Assembly: GCA_051362555.1 (NCBI GenBank)
Contig: CM120640.1
Coordinates: forward strand, 22,802,225-22,866,224
Source of the DNA: Lingula anatina
Taxonomy: Eukaryota; Animalia; Brachiopoda
DNA: 64,000 nucleotides
Direction: 5' to 3'
A program made the position numbers and the translations under genes. This document shows positions 45,801 to 60,200 of the stretch, one piece after another; positions within the stretch are counted from its first letter, which is position 1, and the number at the start of each line of letters is the position of its first letter. A model generated the notes under the pieces. That model had not been told where the DNA came from. It saw only the letters and a list, made by a program, of their open reading frames with translations, and made no database searches.

Positions 45801-48800
45801 TTTGTTTTATTTAAAAAGAAACGCATAACTCAACGCTTCATTAAAATAATGCATGGTTTTATAGATTAATAGCAGTCCATGGTTCATGAAGTAAATTCTT
45901 TTTCAATCAGAAACATTACTTTCTTCCCTCAAGTGTTTTCCCCTTAAGCAGTGGTTCTTTGGTGCTTGTTTTGCACTGCACAGCAATTGACAGCTCTTCA
46001 TTCAAGAAACAACAAGCACTTGCCAGATCGCCACACTTGAAACCATATGTGAATCATTTGAAAGTTGAAAAAGTAGACATTTGGTGCAAAAACCTATTAG
46101 AACTGTCACAGACTTGAATGATCTTGATCATATATTCCTTTAATTTGTAAAGAAGTGTATTTGACACTGGTGTTTGTTACAGGTTTACCCTTGATCCTGG
46201 ATACTTATTTTGTTGTAAAGCTGAATGTCTAATTCACAGTAATGTAATGAATATGTTTGGTGCTTTGTCAATCAGAAGCAATTACTTTCAGTGTTCCAGT
46301 AGCATGACGGAAATACAGATTGACAGCATCGTGGGTGTTGTTTGTGTTGTTCTGAGTGTTTGACGCAATCTGCACTTTTTTTCTCTTCTAGGTGGAGTCT
46401 CTTGATATGAAGAGAACAAGAGCTAAAGGATTACTGATGGAGGCTGTACCCTCAGAGCAACCCAGGTAGATACAATTCTGCATGAGCACATTGACATATT
46501 TATGACAGAACTAAAACTATATATTATATATTATATATATAATATTTTATCTTTGCAGTGGTCTTTGTTACTCTAGGCTTATTCAGTGGCTGTTGCATAA
46601 AGAAATTTTAAAACTTATTGATTGGTTCTCACAGAAAGAATATTACTAATTATGGTAATGGACAATAATATAGTGCATCTGACATGATTGGCTTGATTGT
46701 GATAATATAGCTAACTCTATTAAATAATGAAGATTTTTTAGAAAAATGAACATGACCAGATACAGAAAACATATATGTACAGCTAGTAGAATTGATTTTT
46801 ATGCTGCTCAAATAGTTTCTCTTAGACACCTGTAGATTTGCTAAGATTGGGTTGCAGCACCACTTTTCTGATCTTGGTGGTGGCTTTGTTCTCTTCAGCT
46901 GTCCAACTCCAGGCTGTGATGGGAAGGGACATATTAAAGGAAAATATGCACGGCATAGGAGGTACAACACTGGAAATTAATCTCATTTCCGCAATGATAA
47001 ACACAAATATAGACAGAAGACGTGGTTAGATGCATGCTTTTAACACCATTACTGGCTTAAAACTGAACAGCCTAATGCTGCTGGCTTGTCATTTCCATTA
47101 TTTGCTTGTTTGGTGATATGTAAATCTGTTTTGCAGTTTGTTTTTTACTTGTGTTTGTGTGTGGATTTAGTGACAAACAAAATATTTAGGGGCTGTCTAA
47201 TTTGACGTATTTATGTGGTTATTTGGCTGTACACATGATAGTTATTTTTTATTGATGGACTGTAATTTATGACTTGTTATTGCAGTTCCACAGCATGTCC
47301 AATGGCTGCAAAGAAACGCAAGCTTGACTCGCCTGTATCATCTGAAACTGCTTGCAAAAGAACCAGAGGGGAAGAGGATAAGGGTGTTGATAAAGACAGT
47401 CAGCCAGAGGAGGATGTAGAACAATCAAACCTTGAAGAGGGTAGCAGGGAAGATGACAAATCTAGGAAAACCAGATCATCAAAGAAAAAGCCTGTCACTC
47501 CTAAAAGAATGACCCAGCTGCAGAAATCCCCCAAGAGCAAGAGTGAGCAACTTAAACAGGACAACTTGGTCCTCAGTGGGAAAAGACTAGACTTCAGTGA
47601 TTCTGAGGACTCTCAAGTTAACGGAGACACAACAGACGGTTTGACACATCTTTTGAATGGAGAGAAGCCCAGGGTGGATGAATCTCCTAAACACTCTCCA
47701 GCTGATACTTTTAATGAAAATGAAGACTCAATGGATACTGAGGATGAAGAACAGAAAGTGTTCAGAGAAACTGAGAGGGCTCTAAGACAGTTATCTGGAG
47801 AATGGGATGAGCCTCCAAATTTATTTGCTTCTTTTGGTGAGGTTTTTGTAGCTGAAGAAAAAAGTGAATCAAAAAAGGATAATACTGAAAAAGAGAATCA
47901 AAAAGGTAATATTGGACCCAAATATCAGGAAATTAAGAAGGAATTAACAGATGATGATGTGGAAAAAATTGATTTGCCAACTTTGATTGCTGAGGAGGAA
48001 GCCCAGAAGAAGATGGAAGCACCTCCAGTCAAAGCAAGGGATGCTGAGGAGAAGAGGAAAAATGAAATTTCTCATCCTCCAGATTTGTTGACTCAGGCTA
48101 GTGTAGCATCAGATGATGCAGAAATTCTGTGGAAGATTGAACAGGAGTGTGCAACTCTCCAGTCCCTTGCTGAGAGAAGTGATAACACTCCATTTCCTTC
48201 AGCTCAAGAGCCTGAAGACAGTGAAGTGATGGCCACAGAGGAAAATGGCAATCAGCTTGAACTGCCTCCACCAAAACTTGTTGCTGAAGTCCAGCACCAG
48301 AGTGCTGTGAGTTTAACACTGAAAGAGGAACCAATAGATGAGGATGCCAGCCACCCAGTTACAGCACCTGATATAGTACCAGCAGTGCACCCCACTGGGT
48401 CCCCCATACCCAACATACATTATCTTAACAACAGGACCCTGGCAGAGAAACACATAGATGAGCAGCAGCAACAACAACAACAAAAGCAACAGCTGGATAC
48501 AGCCACAGATGAAGAAGAACCAAAGAATAAGCTAAGTGACAGCATTGTCTCTACTGAGGATGCAGAATTTACCGTGTTGACAGACTGGACAGAAAAGATG
48601 GATGAAGATGACATGTCAGATCAAGAGGCTGATGAGAATGCAAATCACAGTTATAATATTGACGACAAAGTGAAGATGTTACCTCCGCCCCCTGAGGATG
48701 CCAACTCCTCTGACATGGACAAGAAAGGTAGGTTTACATTGTTAAGTGTCAACTTATAATATTGAATTCCCCTTTAATGATAGGCTGTATTGTGGTGTTG

Positions 48801-49850
48801 ACTTACATTTGCTGTCTAATTGGCAAGGTGGGCAGATCGAACAAATAATTGTATGCCAATTGGTATCCAATAAGGAATCACAAATAAGCCGCCTTGAAAA
48901 TAATTGTGAGATTAAGACATCCGTGAAAGACAAAATATTTTTTCTGTTTTATCTGTTACGAAAACTCTTTGTTGATTTTTAGATCCAGGGAAATGCTTTT
49001 TAATGTTGAAAGTTGTATGATAATGTGTTTCCAGATAGCAAGTGTCCAACACCAGGTTGTGATGGCACTGGACATTTCACAGGCCTGTATTCCCATCACA
49101 GAAGGTAAAGCTATGGATATAGTAGTGAATAATATGAAGAATCAAGTTTTTTTTATCATACTTATCCTTGAAAGGAGCATTTTGGATTGAAATTTCACAA
49201 TGCATACTGGTATGCATGTGATGTGTGTGTGTTCAAGCACATGGTATCATAATATTTGAAATAATTTTTGAATATGTGTTTCAGCTTGTCTGGATGTCCA
49301 AGAAAGGAAAAGATTCCCCCAGAAAGTGAGTAGTTGTATCTTAAAGTTATATATATATATATGCTGTCTAATTTTCAACATGTGTATCACTATTTTACAA
49401 TTATCTTAAGTAGTGTTTTGGGTATGTCATAATTTTTTTTCTTTTCTATTTCAGTTTTAGCTGCACATGATAGTATTTTGAGGTGAGTTTAATGTTTGTC
49501 ATAACCTGTAAATTTGACTATCTTGTGGTATATGTCATAAATTTCATTTTCAAAATTTATTGCTCACATGTGTTTTGGTTTTAATGAATATTTGTGAATT
49601 ATTTTACATCTGTCTATATGAATTACAGGTGCCCTACTCCTGGCTGTAATGGACGTGGTCATGTAAACAGCAACAGAACTTCACACAGAAGGTGGGAGCC
49701 ATTCAATCATTGTAACCCCCCCCTCCCCCCCATTCTTCAGAAAAATTTCTTACTTCAGCACTGCAGTACCATGCAGTTTACTTGTTATATTTCAATGTCA
49801 GTGAAATGTTGCATGTATGAAGATTATTTAGTTGTGCACTTGGGTGTTCT

Positions 49851-49890
<40 letters not shown>

Positions 49891-52800
49891 TTTAAAGTAT
49901 TTTCATAAGATGTATTTAAACATTATGCAGTTTATTTGTTCATCCCTCTTCCAACAAAATTTTGCACATTTTATGGCCTTATATGGTTGGTATTCAGTGC
50001 ATAGTAATTGTTAAAGAGTAAAACCTCTTGCTATCAGTGTTATATATATCATATAGTAAAAAAGGTATAAAAGTGCAGATAAAAAGGTACAGCAGAAAAT
50101 AAGTAAGAAAGTGTGTAAGGACTGATCCAATATTGTTGTATTCTTATTCTGCTGGATGCAAGTCATAAGCAGCCCACTTAGGTAATTATCTGCATTACAT
50201 AACAAGGGAATATTGCTTTTCATTCCATTTGTTTGGATATTATCATATTAATTGTATAAATATTATTTGAACTCCCTCTCTTATTTTAGTGTATCTGGTT
50301 GTCCTCTTGCTGCCATGGGAAAGCTTGTTGCAGCAACTGCCAATAAGAATAAAGGTAAGCATGCATATGTGGGCTTGGTTTTTTTCGTGGTCATTGTGTC
50401 TGTGAAGTATATATATATATTAGGAAATAGTTTGTAAATTACTGCTAAAATAATTAACTCCTTTTTTCTTGAATGTGTTGTAAGTTTTGGCATAGTTCAC
50501 AGTTGTTTCAACAAAGCACAATGTTGTCAAATGTTTTATTTTTATATGTAGATCTTGTTTATATTATTTATCAAATAGCATTCATGCTTTGTTCTTTATT
50601 AGTCAATGTTTTTGTATCCATTTTGGAGTATATATAACCCTACAAGACAAACACATGTACACTAATAAGATGGCACGTAAAGACATATAACAGTTGTCTT
50701 GCCTTTTTTTAAATTAGCAGACGTCATTTATAGAAGACTTTGAAAAAGTTTTTTTTACCTCTTTTACATATTAGTTCAAAGAAAGTGTGTCATGATATTG
50801 GTATTAAGTGCAACTTTTGGTCATGTATAATGGCTTTTTGAACGTCATACTAGCAGTAAGATGCTTAAAGAGTCCATTATGTATAGAAAAAGTTGTCTTG
50901 TTGTTATATTCTAAAATGGCTTTAACTGTTGCTTTTTATGACTGACAGGCACAATGATTTTTAACAGTGCATGGATATACTTTTTTAGTGTGAGCCTTAA
51001 TGATTGGCAGTAAAACTAAGTTAATGTTCTTAACATTGTGATTTAGAAATGTTTAACCCATAATTACTTCATGTATAAAAGGAAAACATTTAAAAGAATG
51101 TATTAAATTTTTTCATAAGCATTCAACAAAATATACCATGCCATAATTATATTGGCTGTAGTCAGTTCATATATATTGAGACATATCTATAACATGTATT
51201 GTAATCTTAAAAACAGCACAAAGTCACTGTGCCTTGTCAGTCATAAATTATGTGTTTAAAATTGGTTCAGTGTTTTCTTTTCTCCTTGCCCACACTAGGC
51301 CTACATCTTGTCCTTCTCCCCAAGCATGACGATCCCAAGAAGGCCGTCCTTGTCGCATGCACAGATGAGGAGCTCGTGCGTGTCACAGCCTCGCACTGTG
51401 GTGTGTAGCTTGCTACTACTGGAGGTCCAACTTTTGGTTTCTTGGACACTTTGGTTAAGGGACTGTTGTGGCTGAGATTTCTATTGCTTTTTTTTTTCAT
51501 ATACTTCTTTATATGTTGTTTAATTGTGAGTATAAGAATTTACACAAAAAACTTACAGGAATTGTAGATTTGTGAAAATCCTAAATTGAATGGTGGGATT
51601 ATTTCTTTATCAAGACGTACTTTGTTTAGGTGCATTGATAGTTAGGATTCAATATTCTTGGGAATTTCTGTAGTCTTATGTTTTATGAGTCTGATTTTTA
51701 TTTTCAACAACAGCCAAGTTATAAGTAGGAATTACAGCCATAACATGCCTAGTTGTGAATTAGATAGTAATAATTTAATGTTCTCTTGCTGTTTGCACTA
51801 AGACGTTAATGAGTACATGAAGTAACTATAACAAAGAAAATCAAAATAGCCATCAGTTGAATGTGAATTTCTATTTAAAGTTTTTTCTTTTCATTTTGTT
51901 TGCATTGTTAGCAAATATTAATTTGCAGTAATATATTGCACCATACGTAGCTGCATGGATGTGTGAATGGTGTGTATATATCGTCACGGTCAATACATGA
52001 TGCTGCCATCAAAACTAATTTGCTGTTCTGACACGGCCTTTCTTCAGCATCTGACCGCGTGTTGCGCCCCATGATCATGACCAAGCAGCTAGACTTGCCA
52101 CCAGAGGGCAGCATTAGCTATCCAGGTTATGTTTCTTCAGCCACTCCACGGGCCAACCTTTCCAAGGAACTGGAAAAATATGCCAACCCGATCATGGACT
52201 TCCAGACCTACCAGGCAAAGGTATCATGTAAGCCCATAGCTCCAAAACCCAAAGAAAACAGCTCAGACAGGCCAAACATTCTCAGTAAGCGACCTGGATA
52301 TAAACCACAGTATCGATATGATACTCCAGCTATCCCCTCTGCACACCAGGGTGCAGCACCTCTCAATCTCTCCAAAAGAACCCTGAGCATAAGCAGTAAT
52401 AGTAGCAATGATACATTGGATCTTAGTGTGAAGAAGGCAAGTCTCGAAGAAAAGGAAAAGCAGTTATCTCCCACAACACCTTGTGCAACAGTATCCCAAG
52501 AGGAGCCTATGGACTTTTCCATAAAATGTAAAACAGATGAAGATGCTTGTTCAAGATCTCAGAGCCCTGAAATTCAAGAATTGCCTCCTGAATCTCCTGA
52601 ATACCAAGAATCTGAAAGAGAAGGGTATGTATTTTTCATTTGTTCAACCATTGAGAACAGACCTAACATATAAGATAAATATTAAACGTTATTTTGTAGA
52701 TGCAGCTCTGGTTTCAGTGATAATCAATTTTTCCTCTGTGCTGTGGTTGAGATAATTTAGGCACTTCTCTATACATTTGTATTAGCAGTTGGTGTTTAAT

Positions 52801-55800
52801 CTTAAATATTGAGTTTTTTGTGGCTTACTTTTGTGGATTCTCAGAAAATTGGTGTATCAGGAGTAGGGTATAAACAAGAATCTAATTTAATTTAATATCT
52901 ATTTTTTAGAAGTCCATTCCAAAATGATGACTTACAGAACAGCATGTATCCATCACCTCGTGGCCGTGATGGGAGAGAGTTGCTGATCTGCCCTACGCCA
53001 GGGTGTGACGGGTCTGGACACATATCTGGAAATTATGCTTCACATAGGAGTTTGTCTGGGTGTCCAATGGCTGACAGAGCTACAGTGCAGGCAAACCACA
53101 TTGAACAGAAGTAAGTTGATAAACTGGGTTTTGTGGATTCGGGTGTTTTTTTTTTTGTGTTTGTTTTTTTTCTTTTTTTTTTGTCATTTTTTTCCACTAT
53201 TGATTGAAGATGGTTTTTGCATTGTTATTATTTACACTAAAAGGCATATTCAGTTTTGCACCTTCAGTTGATTGTTAAGTTTGAATTGTGGAACATCCTT
53301 GTAATCAAATGAGCTTCTTATGTGGCACAAATGATTGATATTTGTTAATCACCAAATTTCACTTTAAAGATGTCCTACCCCGGGATGTGATGGCACTGGC
53401 CATGTGACAGGAAATTATGCATCCCATCGCAGCTTATCTGGGTGTCCTCGTGCTCATAAAAACAAAGCTCTACGCAAAGAGCTTGAGCCTCCTGAGCCTC
53501 TTAGGTAACATTGCTGTTGTCCTCTAGGTGGCAGATAGGCGGGCAGTTAGTTTGCCCACCAGGTGGCAGCATGGTTATTTCAATTTTTGCTAGTTTGTGG
53601 TCTTCTGCTTATTATTTTTCATGGAAACTAAAGATACTGCTTGGGCAGTTTGGCCCATGTTGACTGCATATTGTTAGTCAACTTTTGGATGTAGTTTTTG
53701 TTTTCACTTTTTAAATTTGTTCCTCTTGTGGCATGTTTTTTTTTTATATTTGGAATAATAGATCTATGGATGATTGAACATTTTATATCAGGACATATTT
53801 GATAATGAACAGGTATTAAGTTGGAACAAAGAAAATCAAAATTAAAGATAACTTATTACAGGATTTACTGCACTAAAATTAGACAAAAATTCAGTATAAA
53901 GGTTCTTATGAAGTTAATCAGAAGATACTAGATATAGGTTGCTGTAAATAAGGAACAAATATATATGTGCTAGTATGACAAGCTTTACCTATAATTTAAG
54001 TGTAGAGCATGTTTGAAGGAGGTACTTATCTTTCTTACATATACAGTTGATGTTGTGACAGTGGATTTCATGGGATGTGTTTGCATATATGTTTTTTATG
54101 TTGATGTATACTTTTTAATCTTCCTCTTTGAAATCTGAAAGATACAAGTGTTGTACCAAGGAATCTTTCAGAATTTCTGTATTGTGTGGTACAGGTATGC
54201 TTTAGATGGTGCAAGGCTACATATGCATTCTTTTTTTTTATAAAGAAAATCTACATTAGAGATTTTATGCAAATGGCAAACATTTTCATAATGATAAACA
54301 CTTTGGCATATATGTATGAAAGAAAGATTCATTGTTTTGATTCAACTTGCCTTGGTTAAAGCTAGCATTAAAATTTAGTGCTAGCAGGAATGTATGTCAT
54401 ATGCCAGTTATGATGCATTGTAGCCTTTTCAAAGGATTGCTCTAATGGTTGGTTGGTAAAGGTAGATAGTTGGTTAGCAGGTTAATGAAGGGTAAAATCG
54501 AAATAGACTTGAAATTCATTATGTAAGGTATATGGGTTTTCAGCATTAATTTGATAATCTTATCATTCACACGTATCCACATTTATACTAAAACTACAAA
54601 CAACAACAGCAATACATGTTAATCTTTTATCTAACCAATGCCTATGCTAACAAGATTCTTCTCATTTTATATGTCATATAAGTGATATGGTCAGTGGACT
54701 TACACATTAGCCACATGCTGCTGCTACTAACATTGTTTGCATTCTAGATGTCCTGTTCCGGGATGTGATGGCACAGGTCATGTGACGGGGAAATATTTAT
54801 CACATCGAAGGTAGTAACTGTGAACAATAAAATGGATGTTGTCGCATGCTGGCTGCGGACTGTAGCGCTCTGACTTTTATTGTGGATGTGTTCAGTTGTT
54901 TACATCTGCAAATTTGCAATTTGCACCATGTTTTATATGAGTAGGACTCCCTGCCCCATTGTGTTTTTATTTGTAAACATGGAAGAGGGAAATGCTTTTC
55001 TTTTTTATATGCTTTGGCATGCATGGGAAATTTTTGTTCAGCTTATAATATGTATACTTTCAATATTTTTTGTTTGAGTCAGTTCAGCTATTTTGGTACA
55101 TCTTCATTTGTCTGAATATGCTATCAATTGATTATCCCTTCAATTAATCTTGTGTTTCTACCTGTAGTCTTCACATTTTCCCCTCTCCTCTTGCTCCTCT
55201 TGGGTTGAACATGTCACTCTATTCCGTACACTTTTCTTTTAAATCATGGATTGCTCAATGTTGTTGCATTCAAGTATTTCATTGTTTGATGACGTTGGTG
55301 TCAATATTGTATGGATGTTGAATTTTCATTTCAGTTGCTTTTACACCTGTTGTGATAATCTCCAAGAACATGTAATAGATGTTTTAAATTGCTGCATCTT
55401 GATTTCAGGGTTTAGTTACCTGAATTCAGGTCTGATCCAGAATATAAGAGACTCTTTCTCTCTCTTTACGTTTCTCTTCAATTTGCTTAACAAGATAATT
55501 GCATATTGTCCTTTTTCTTTAAAAGACAAAAGGATGTTTTATTTTACTGGGGCTGCATACACAGAGAGTAAATATACCTTCATATCTACAAAATCCTTCA
55601 AAACCTATACTGAAACCTACTCAATGGTAAAATGAAATTAAATTGATCCTGTCAATAAATACATACATAATCTTCACAGTCAAACCTACACTTTGATGAA
55701 GGAATGCCAGGACAGTACTAAATTGATGGCTTAATTTGAAGATCTTGTGTGTTTCAGTGCATCAGGTTGCCCAATAGCTAACAAGCAGCAGAAGCCTGTC

Positions 55801-57209
55801 AGGTCCCTGTTGCCTATTACTGAGCTCAATGGACATGAAGTGAAAACAGAAGAAAGAGTACCATCAACCATCCTTAATAGACCCCCAGCTTGTCGCATAG
55901 ATATGCCTATGTAAGTAGAGTTTCATTGCCATTTCATGATGATTTGCACACTAGCGTAAGAAAAATGGAGGACAGTTTGTTTAACTTTTTCAACATTCTT
56001 GTATTGAAATCAATTTTAAAAAAATGCAAGAAAAAGCCATTTTGCTAAAGCCATAAGTAAATTAGTCATGATTTCTTTGTTATGGTCGCTCTATCAAAAC
56101 TAATACTTAAACCTGTATCACAAATTTCTGGATTGTTATTTTCCAACTAATCAATAACAAAATGACAAATACAATGCATTTTCGTAGCACTTGGTGGAAA
56201 TCTTTCATACAAATGTAAGCCAAGAAAACTGTTGTTAGGTGGCAAATGTTATCATGACAAGCTGACTGAAAATACAAGTCCAGTCATTTCCTTTGTTATT
56301 CCAGATGTCCAACCCCAGGATGTGATGGTTCAGGTCATTCCAATGGTACATTCTCCTCTCACCGCAGTCTGTCTGGCTGTCCTAGAGCCACGCAAGTGAT
56401 GAAGAAAGCCAAACTTACAGTGGAAGAGATGAACACTATACAGAGCAAGGCAGAGGCTGGGGAAGGTAAATTTGTACTTGCATTTGTACTTACATGTGTT
56501 AATAGAGTTTGCTGATGGGTTTATATGTGCAGACACTAAGACAAAGGCAAAATGAGTTTGTAATTTGATGCATAGATTTGCCAGTTTTTTAGTGCAAAAA
56601 TTGGTATTTGTGATAAAAAATCATTTTAGTTGCCTTCAAATTTGGTGTTAACAAGTGCCATTGAAATATTACCATGAAATATTACCTTGACACTTAAAAA
56701 TTGAATGAAGTTGAATTATTTTGACTACAGCACATGAGATTAATATTTTATGTTATTGGTTGAATGGTACATCAGTGATAAGCTGTGCAAATATGACAAA
56801 ACTCACTTTGAAATTTTTTTCAGATCTGGCAAATGATGAAGAGTTGAAAAAGCTTGAGAAAGAGATACTTGCTATTGAGAAATCAAACTCTGTGGTTGAG
56901 AATAAAATGATCAAATTGAGAGCAGAAATTGCAGGGTTGGACAACAAGCACAAGGAATATATCAAAGACAACAAACAATTGGAAAAGGAACAACAAGCGC
57001 TGGAAATACGCTTGGAGAAGACCAAGAAAGGACTGATCGATTGCTTGAAACATATTAGGCTCCCTAATTTGTCAAAGCCAATTAGTGAAGAGAATTTTGA
57101 ACTCTACCTGACACAGATTAGGAGTTTATGTTTAGAGAATTACACATCTGAACAAAGGCCACTCTACAATTCTGTTACGCTTGCCTTAAGGAATCTCAAA
57201 GGATTGTAG
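34540..57209 (+). CDS. MYT1: Myelin transcription factor 1 family (MYT1/MYT1L/ST18) C2HC zinc-finger protein with 7 fingers (1+2+4) and a C-terminal coiled coil; about 19 coding exons
   Basis: Seven CPxPGCxGxGH...HRSxxxCP fingers, [14 protein letters not shown] linker, SDRVLRPM motif, acidic domain, [14 protein letters not shown] coiled coil. Exons: 34540-34719, 40011-40131, 45080-45117, 46392-46465, 46899-46961, 47286-48727, 49035-49104, 49285-49325, 49455-49482, 49629-49691, 50290-50354, 51299-51400, 52048-52624, 52910-53110, 53370-53504, 54748-54810, 55758-55910, 56305-56465, 56824-57209. The first three exons are less certain. Confidence 0.93.
39834..39873. repeat. (TA)n microsatellite in a MYT1 intron
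   Basis: Direct reading of the sequence. Confidence 0.95.
53521..53571 (+). promoter_or_regulatory. Two tandem CTCF-like motifs
   Basis: CCTCTAGGTGGCAG (53521-53534) and CCACCAGGTGGCAGCA (53556-53571) match CCASYAGRKGGCRS with one and zero mismatches. Confidence 0.55.
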
Positions 57210-60200
57210 AGGATTTCATACAGATTGTTATTGTGCTATTTATAAGTTGTTAATGACATTTCTCTCTTATATATCATTCAGAAAAATTAACTTAATGTTT
57301 TGAACATGTTGATACATGTTGTTAACAGTTTAATGATTTTAAGGGATTCAGCTCAGGCATTTTTTCTCTCTGTCTTTTCTGTAATGCTTTTTAAAATTCT
57401 GAAGTCCGGGATGGGAAACAGTGCAATCTTTTCTTTTTGTATTCAAACCATTGCTGTTTCCACCAAATGAACAATCCTCCTGATATTTTCTTTTATCGTA
57501 AATTACTAATTTGGTATTTCGGTTGTAATAATGTAATATTAGTTGTTCAATTGATGCACATTATGTAAACTTGCCTAGTATTATGTTTTCATGTTAGATT
57601 GTAAATGTTTGTTTCAGGGTCTTTTTAATGTTTGTAATGAATTTGGACTGGTGCACATATTGCGATACTAGAGCACTAACTGCATTGTTAGAAGTATAGG
57701 ATTAAATGATGTAATTTTCATCAGGGCTGAAAACTTGATTAATTTATTGTGCAATTATTTATTTGTCAATTAAGGTCTAATACAAGAATAGATGGACTGT
57801 TCAAAGAGAGGAGAATTTTAAATAACAGTAGTTAAGAACTCAAACATATGTGACATTATAATATAATTCTGATTGAAATCACTGTTTTTTTTTACCTAGG
57901 ACTTATCCAAGCATTATTATATACAAGGTAGATATAACATACTGAAAGGTGGATAGATTTGACGAGAAGATTTTAAACTGACATTTTGCATAAATTTGTT
58001 GCAGGAACAAATGTCTGTCATCATTGAGGCATAAATCATTTGTGGCCTTACCTAGACAAAAATATTCAGATCATCTGTTGTTATTATTCAGTATGCTTAT
58101 TATAGCAGCACAAAATATTATGAAACCCAGGTATATTATCTTCAAGGAATTTATGTGAAAGGATTGAAGAGGAAGGTGTATTACTAGGGGGGAAATATAC
58201 CAAATATGTTAAATATTGAATGGTTTTTACATTTAAATTTTGGGAACAGTTTGTTGGCTTTTATGATAATGGAGCACACAGGCAATCTTAACATAAGCAA
58301 TCTAAACATAACCCCAAATAGGCCTTACAAAGTTGGTTCTAGATGAAGTTTTTGCCAGGGAGAGGATTGATTGCAGCTAGTAGAATATAATTGTAAGTCG
58401 GTCTCTGGTTGATATTTGCTTCCACTGATTTCAAAGGTGCTTAAATCTCAATTGTAAGTGTTTTATATTACATTTTGCATATATGTTATGTGAGAGATGT
58501 TTTGATAAATATATTAAATATCTACTTGATGGGAGACACTACCATAATATATGGTTTTTGTCATTATTGAGATTTTTTTTTGCTAGATCCAAGAAAAATT
58601 GTGAATATTTAGCATTGGTTTTTACTTCAACAATTGGAGAATTCCTAGATATTCTACTTGCTTATATTAAAATATAAATATTTTTCTGCCCCTTTCCGCC
58701 TGTATGTCAGTTTATAAGTTCTTAAAACTTCAGTCTGGTACTATAGAATTCAAAGGACAAGGGATTTAGACATTTGTGTATGTTAGGACATATGATCTTC
58801 CCATCATGGAAAGTCTTCATGTAGTTTGTATCATTTGCCATATTCACATTCTGTTCATCACATGCATGGTTTGGCTATTAGGACAGTAGATTATATTGCT
58901 TTTTCCAAATTTAAGCAGATTTTTTCTGAAAATTGTTTGTCTGTGGTTAATCAAGACAAAGGCATCATAGTTATTTTCTGCAATTTTGGTATTGTAATGT
59001 TGGTCAGTGACTGTTCCATGTCTGAAATATAATAAATGTGACTATTTTAAAAGTTTTCACTTTTCATACATGTGTTTGTGTGCATGTGTGTTTTGAATCA
59101 AGAGTCGAATGTTTTCGTGCATTTGCCAGTATATTGTATCATTCCTAGCATCTTGGATTGCTTGGACAACATTTACCTTGACAATTTTAAGTTATGTTCC
59201 CAAACTGACAAGTTCAGAACTTCAACTTTCGTTTGTATTTATTCTCAAATATCAAGGCATAATTTGTTACAATTGACTAAACCAAACATGCATTAACATG
59301 CATAGCTTTCCAAAAGTAAATAGAACACTAAGCAATATAATAAATTTATATACTTAAAGTGATATTTAATAATAACACAAATATTAAGTTTTAACATAAC
59401 ATTTTTTTTTTTCAAATCAAATTTTCAAAAAATAATACAACAGGTTGCAACTTACATGGTCTGCAGTGTTCAAACTAAAGAAAAGTTTTCACGTTTCTCC
59501 AGACATAAAAGCCTACTAACCAGCCTACATCCAAACCAAGTTTATACTGAAAAATCATGACAGGCATCTATTCAAAAAAAAAAAGAAAAAAAAAAGATCT
59601 GTATAATAAACTCTTTAAATGAAATGATGAAATGATCAAAATCATGCCAGTCCAATGTCTCCACTATGCACAGTTTGGATTGGTTAATTTATTATAAACA
59701 TTTGTTAATGTGTTAATGATTATAAGTGATTAATACAGATGTTACATACTTCCATATACATTAAGACAAAAGCCTTATTTCAATAATATGGTCACAAATC
59801 AGGGCATGATCAAGCAGCAGAAAATTTGTCCTGTTTACATTTTTATACTGCATTCCCTTCCACCATGTTCACGAAGCATACAATAGTCAATATTAAATCA
59901 ATAACCATCTTACACAGTCATGAGACTAACAACGTTTGGAGGGTTTTGTATGGATTGGCACCCAAGTAAAGGCAACAGTAATGCTGATAAAATGTCACCT
60001 CAAAGCATAAGACACAATGGCCTTTTGAGCTTCTTAAAATGTAGAGATGGTTAACAGTTATTTTACTGCCAAGTGACAAAATCCCTTTACGGGGAAAAGG
60101 GACACTTCACACACATTCCTCTCAGTTATAAATGTGGTGTTCATTTCACAAACCAACCGTTTTGGACATCCTGGACATCCAAATAGAAATGAGAACTTAA

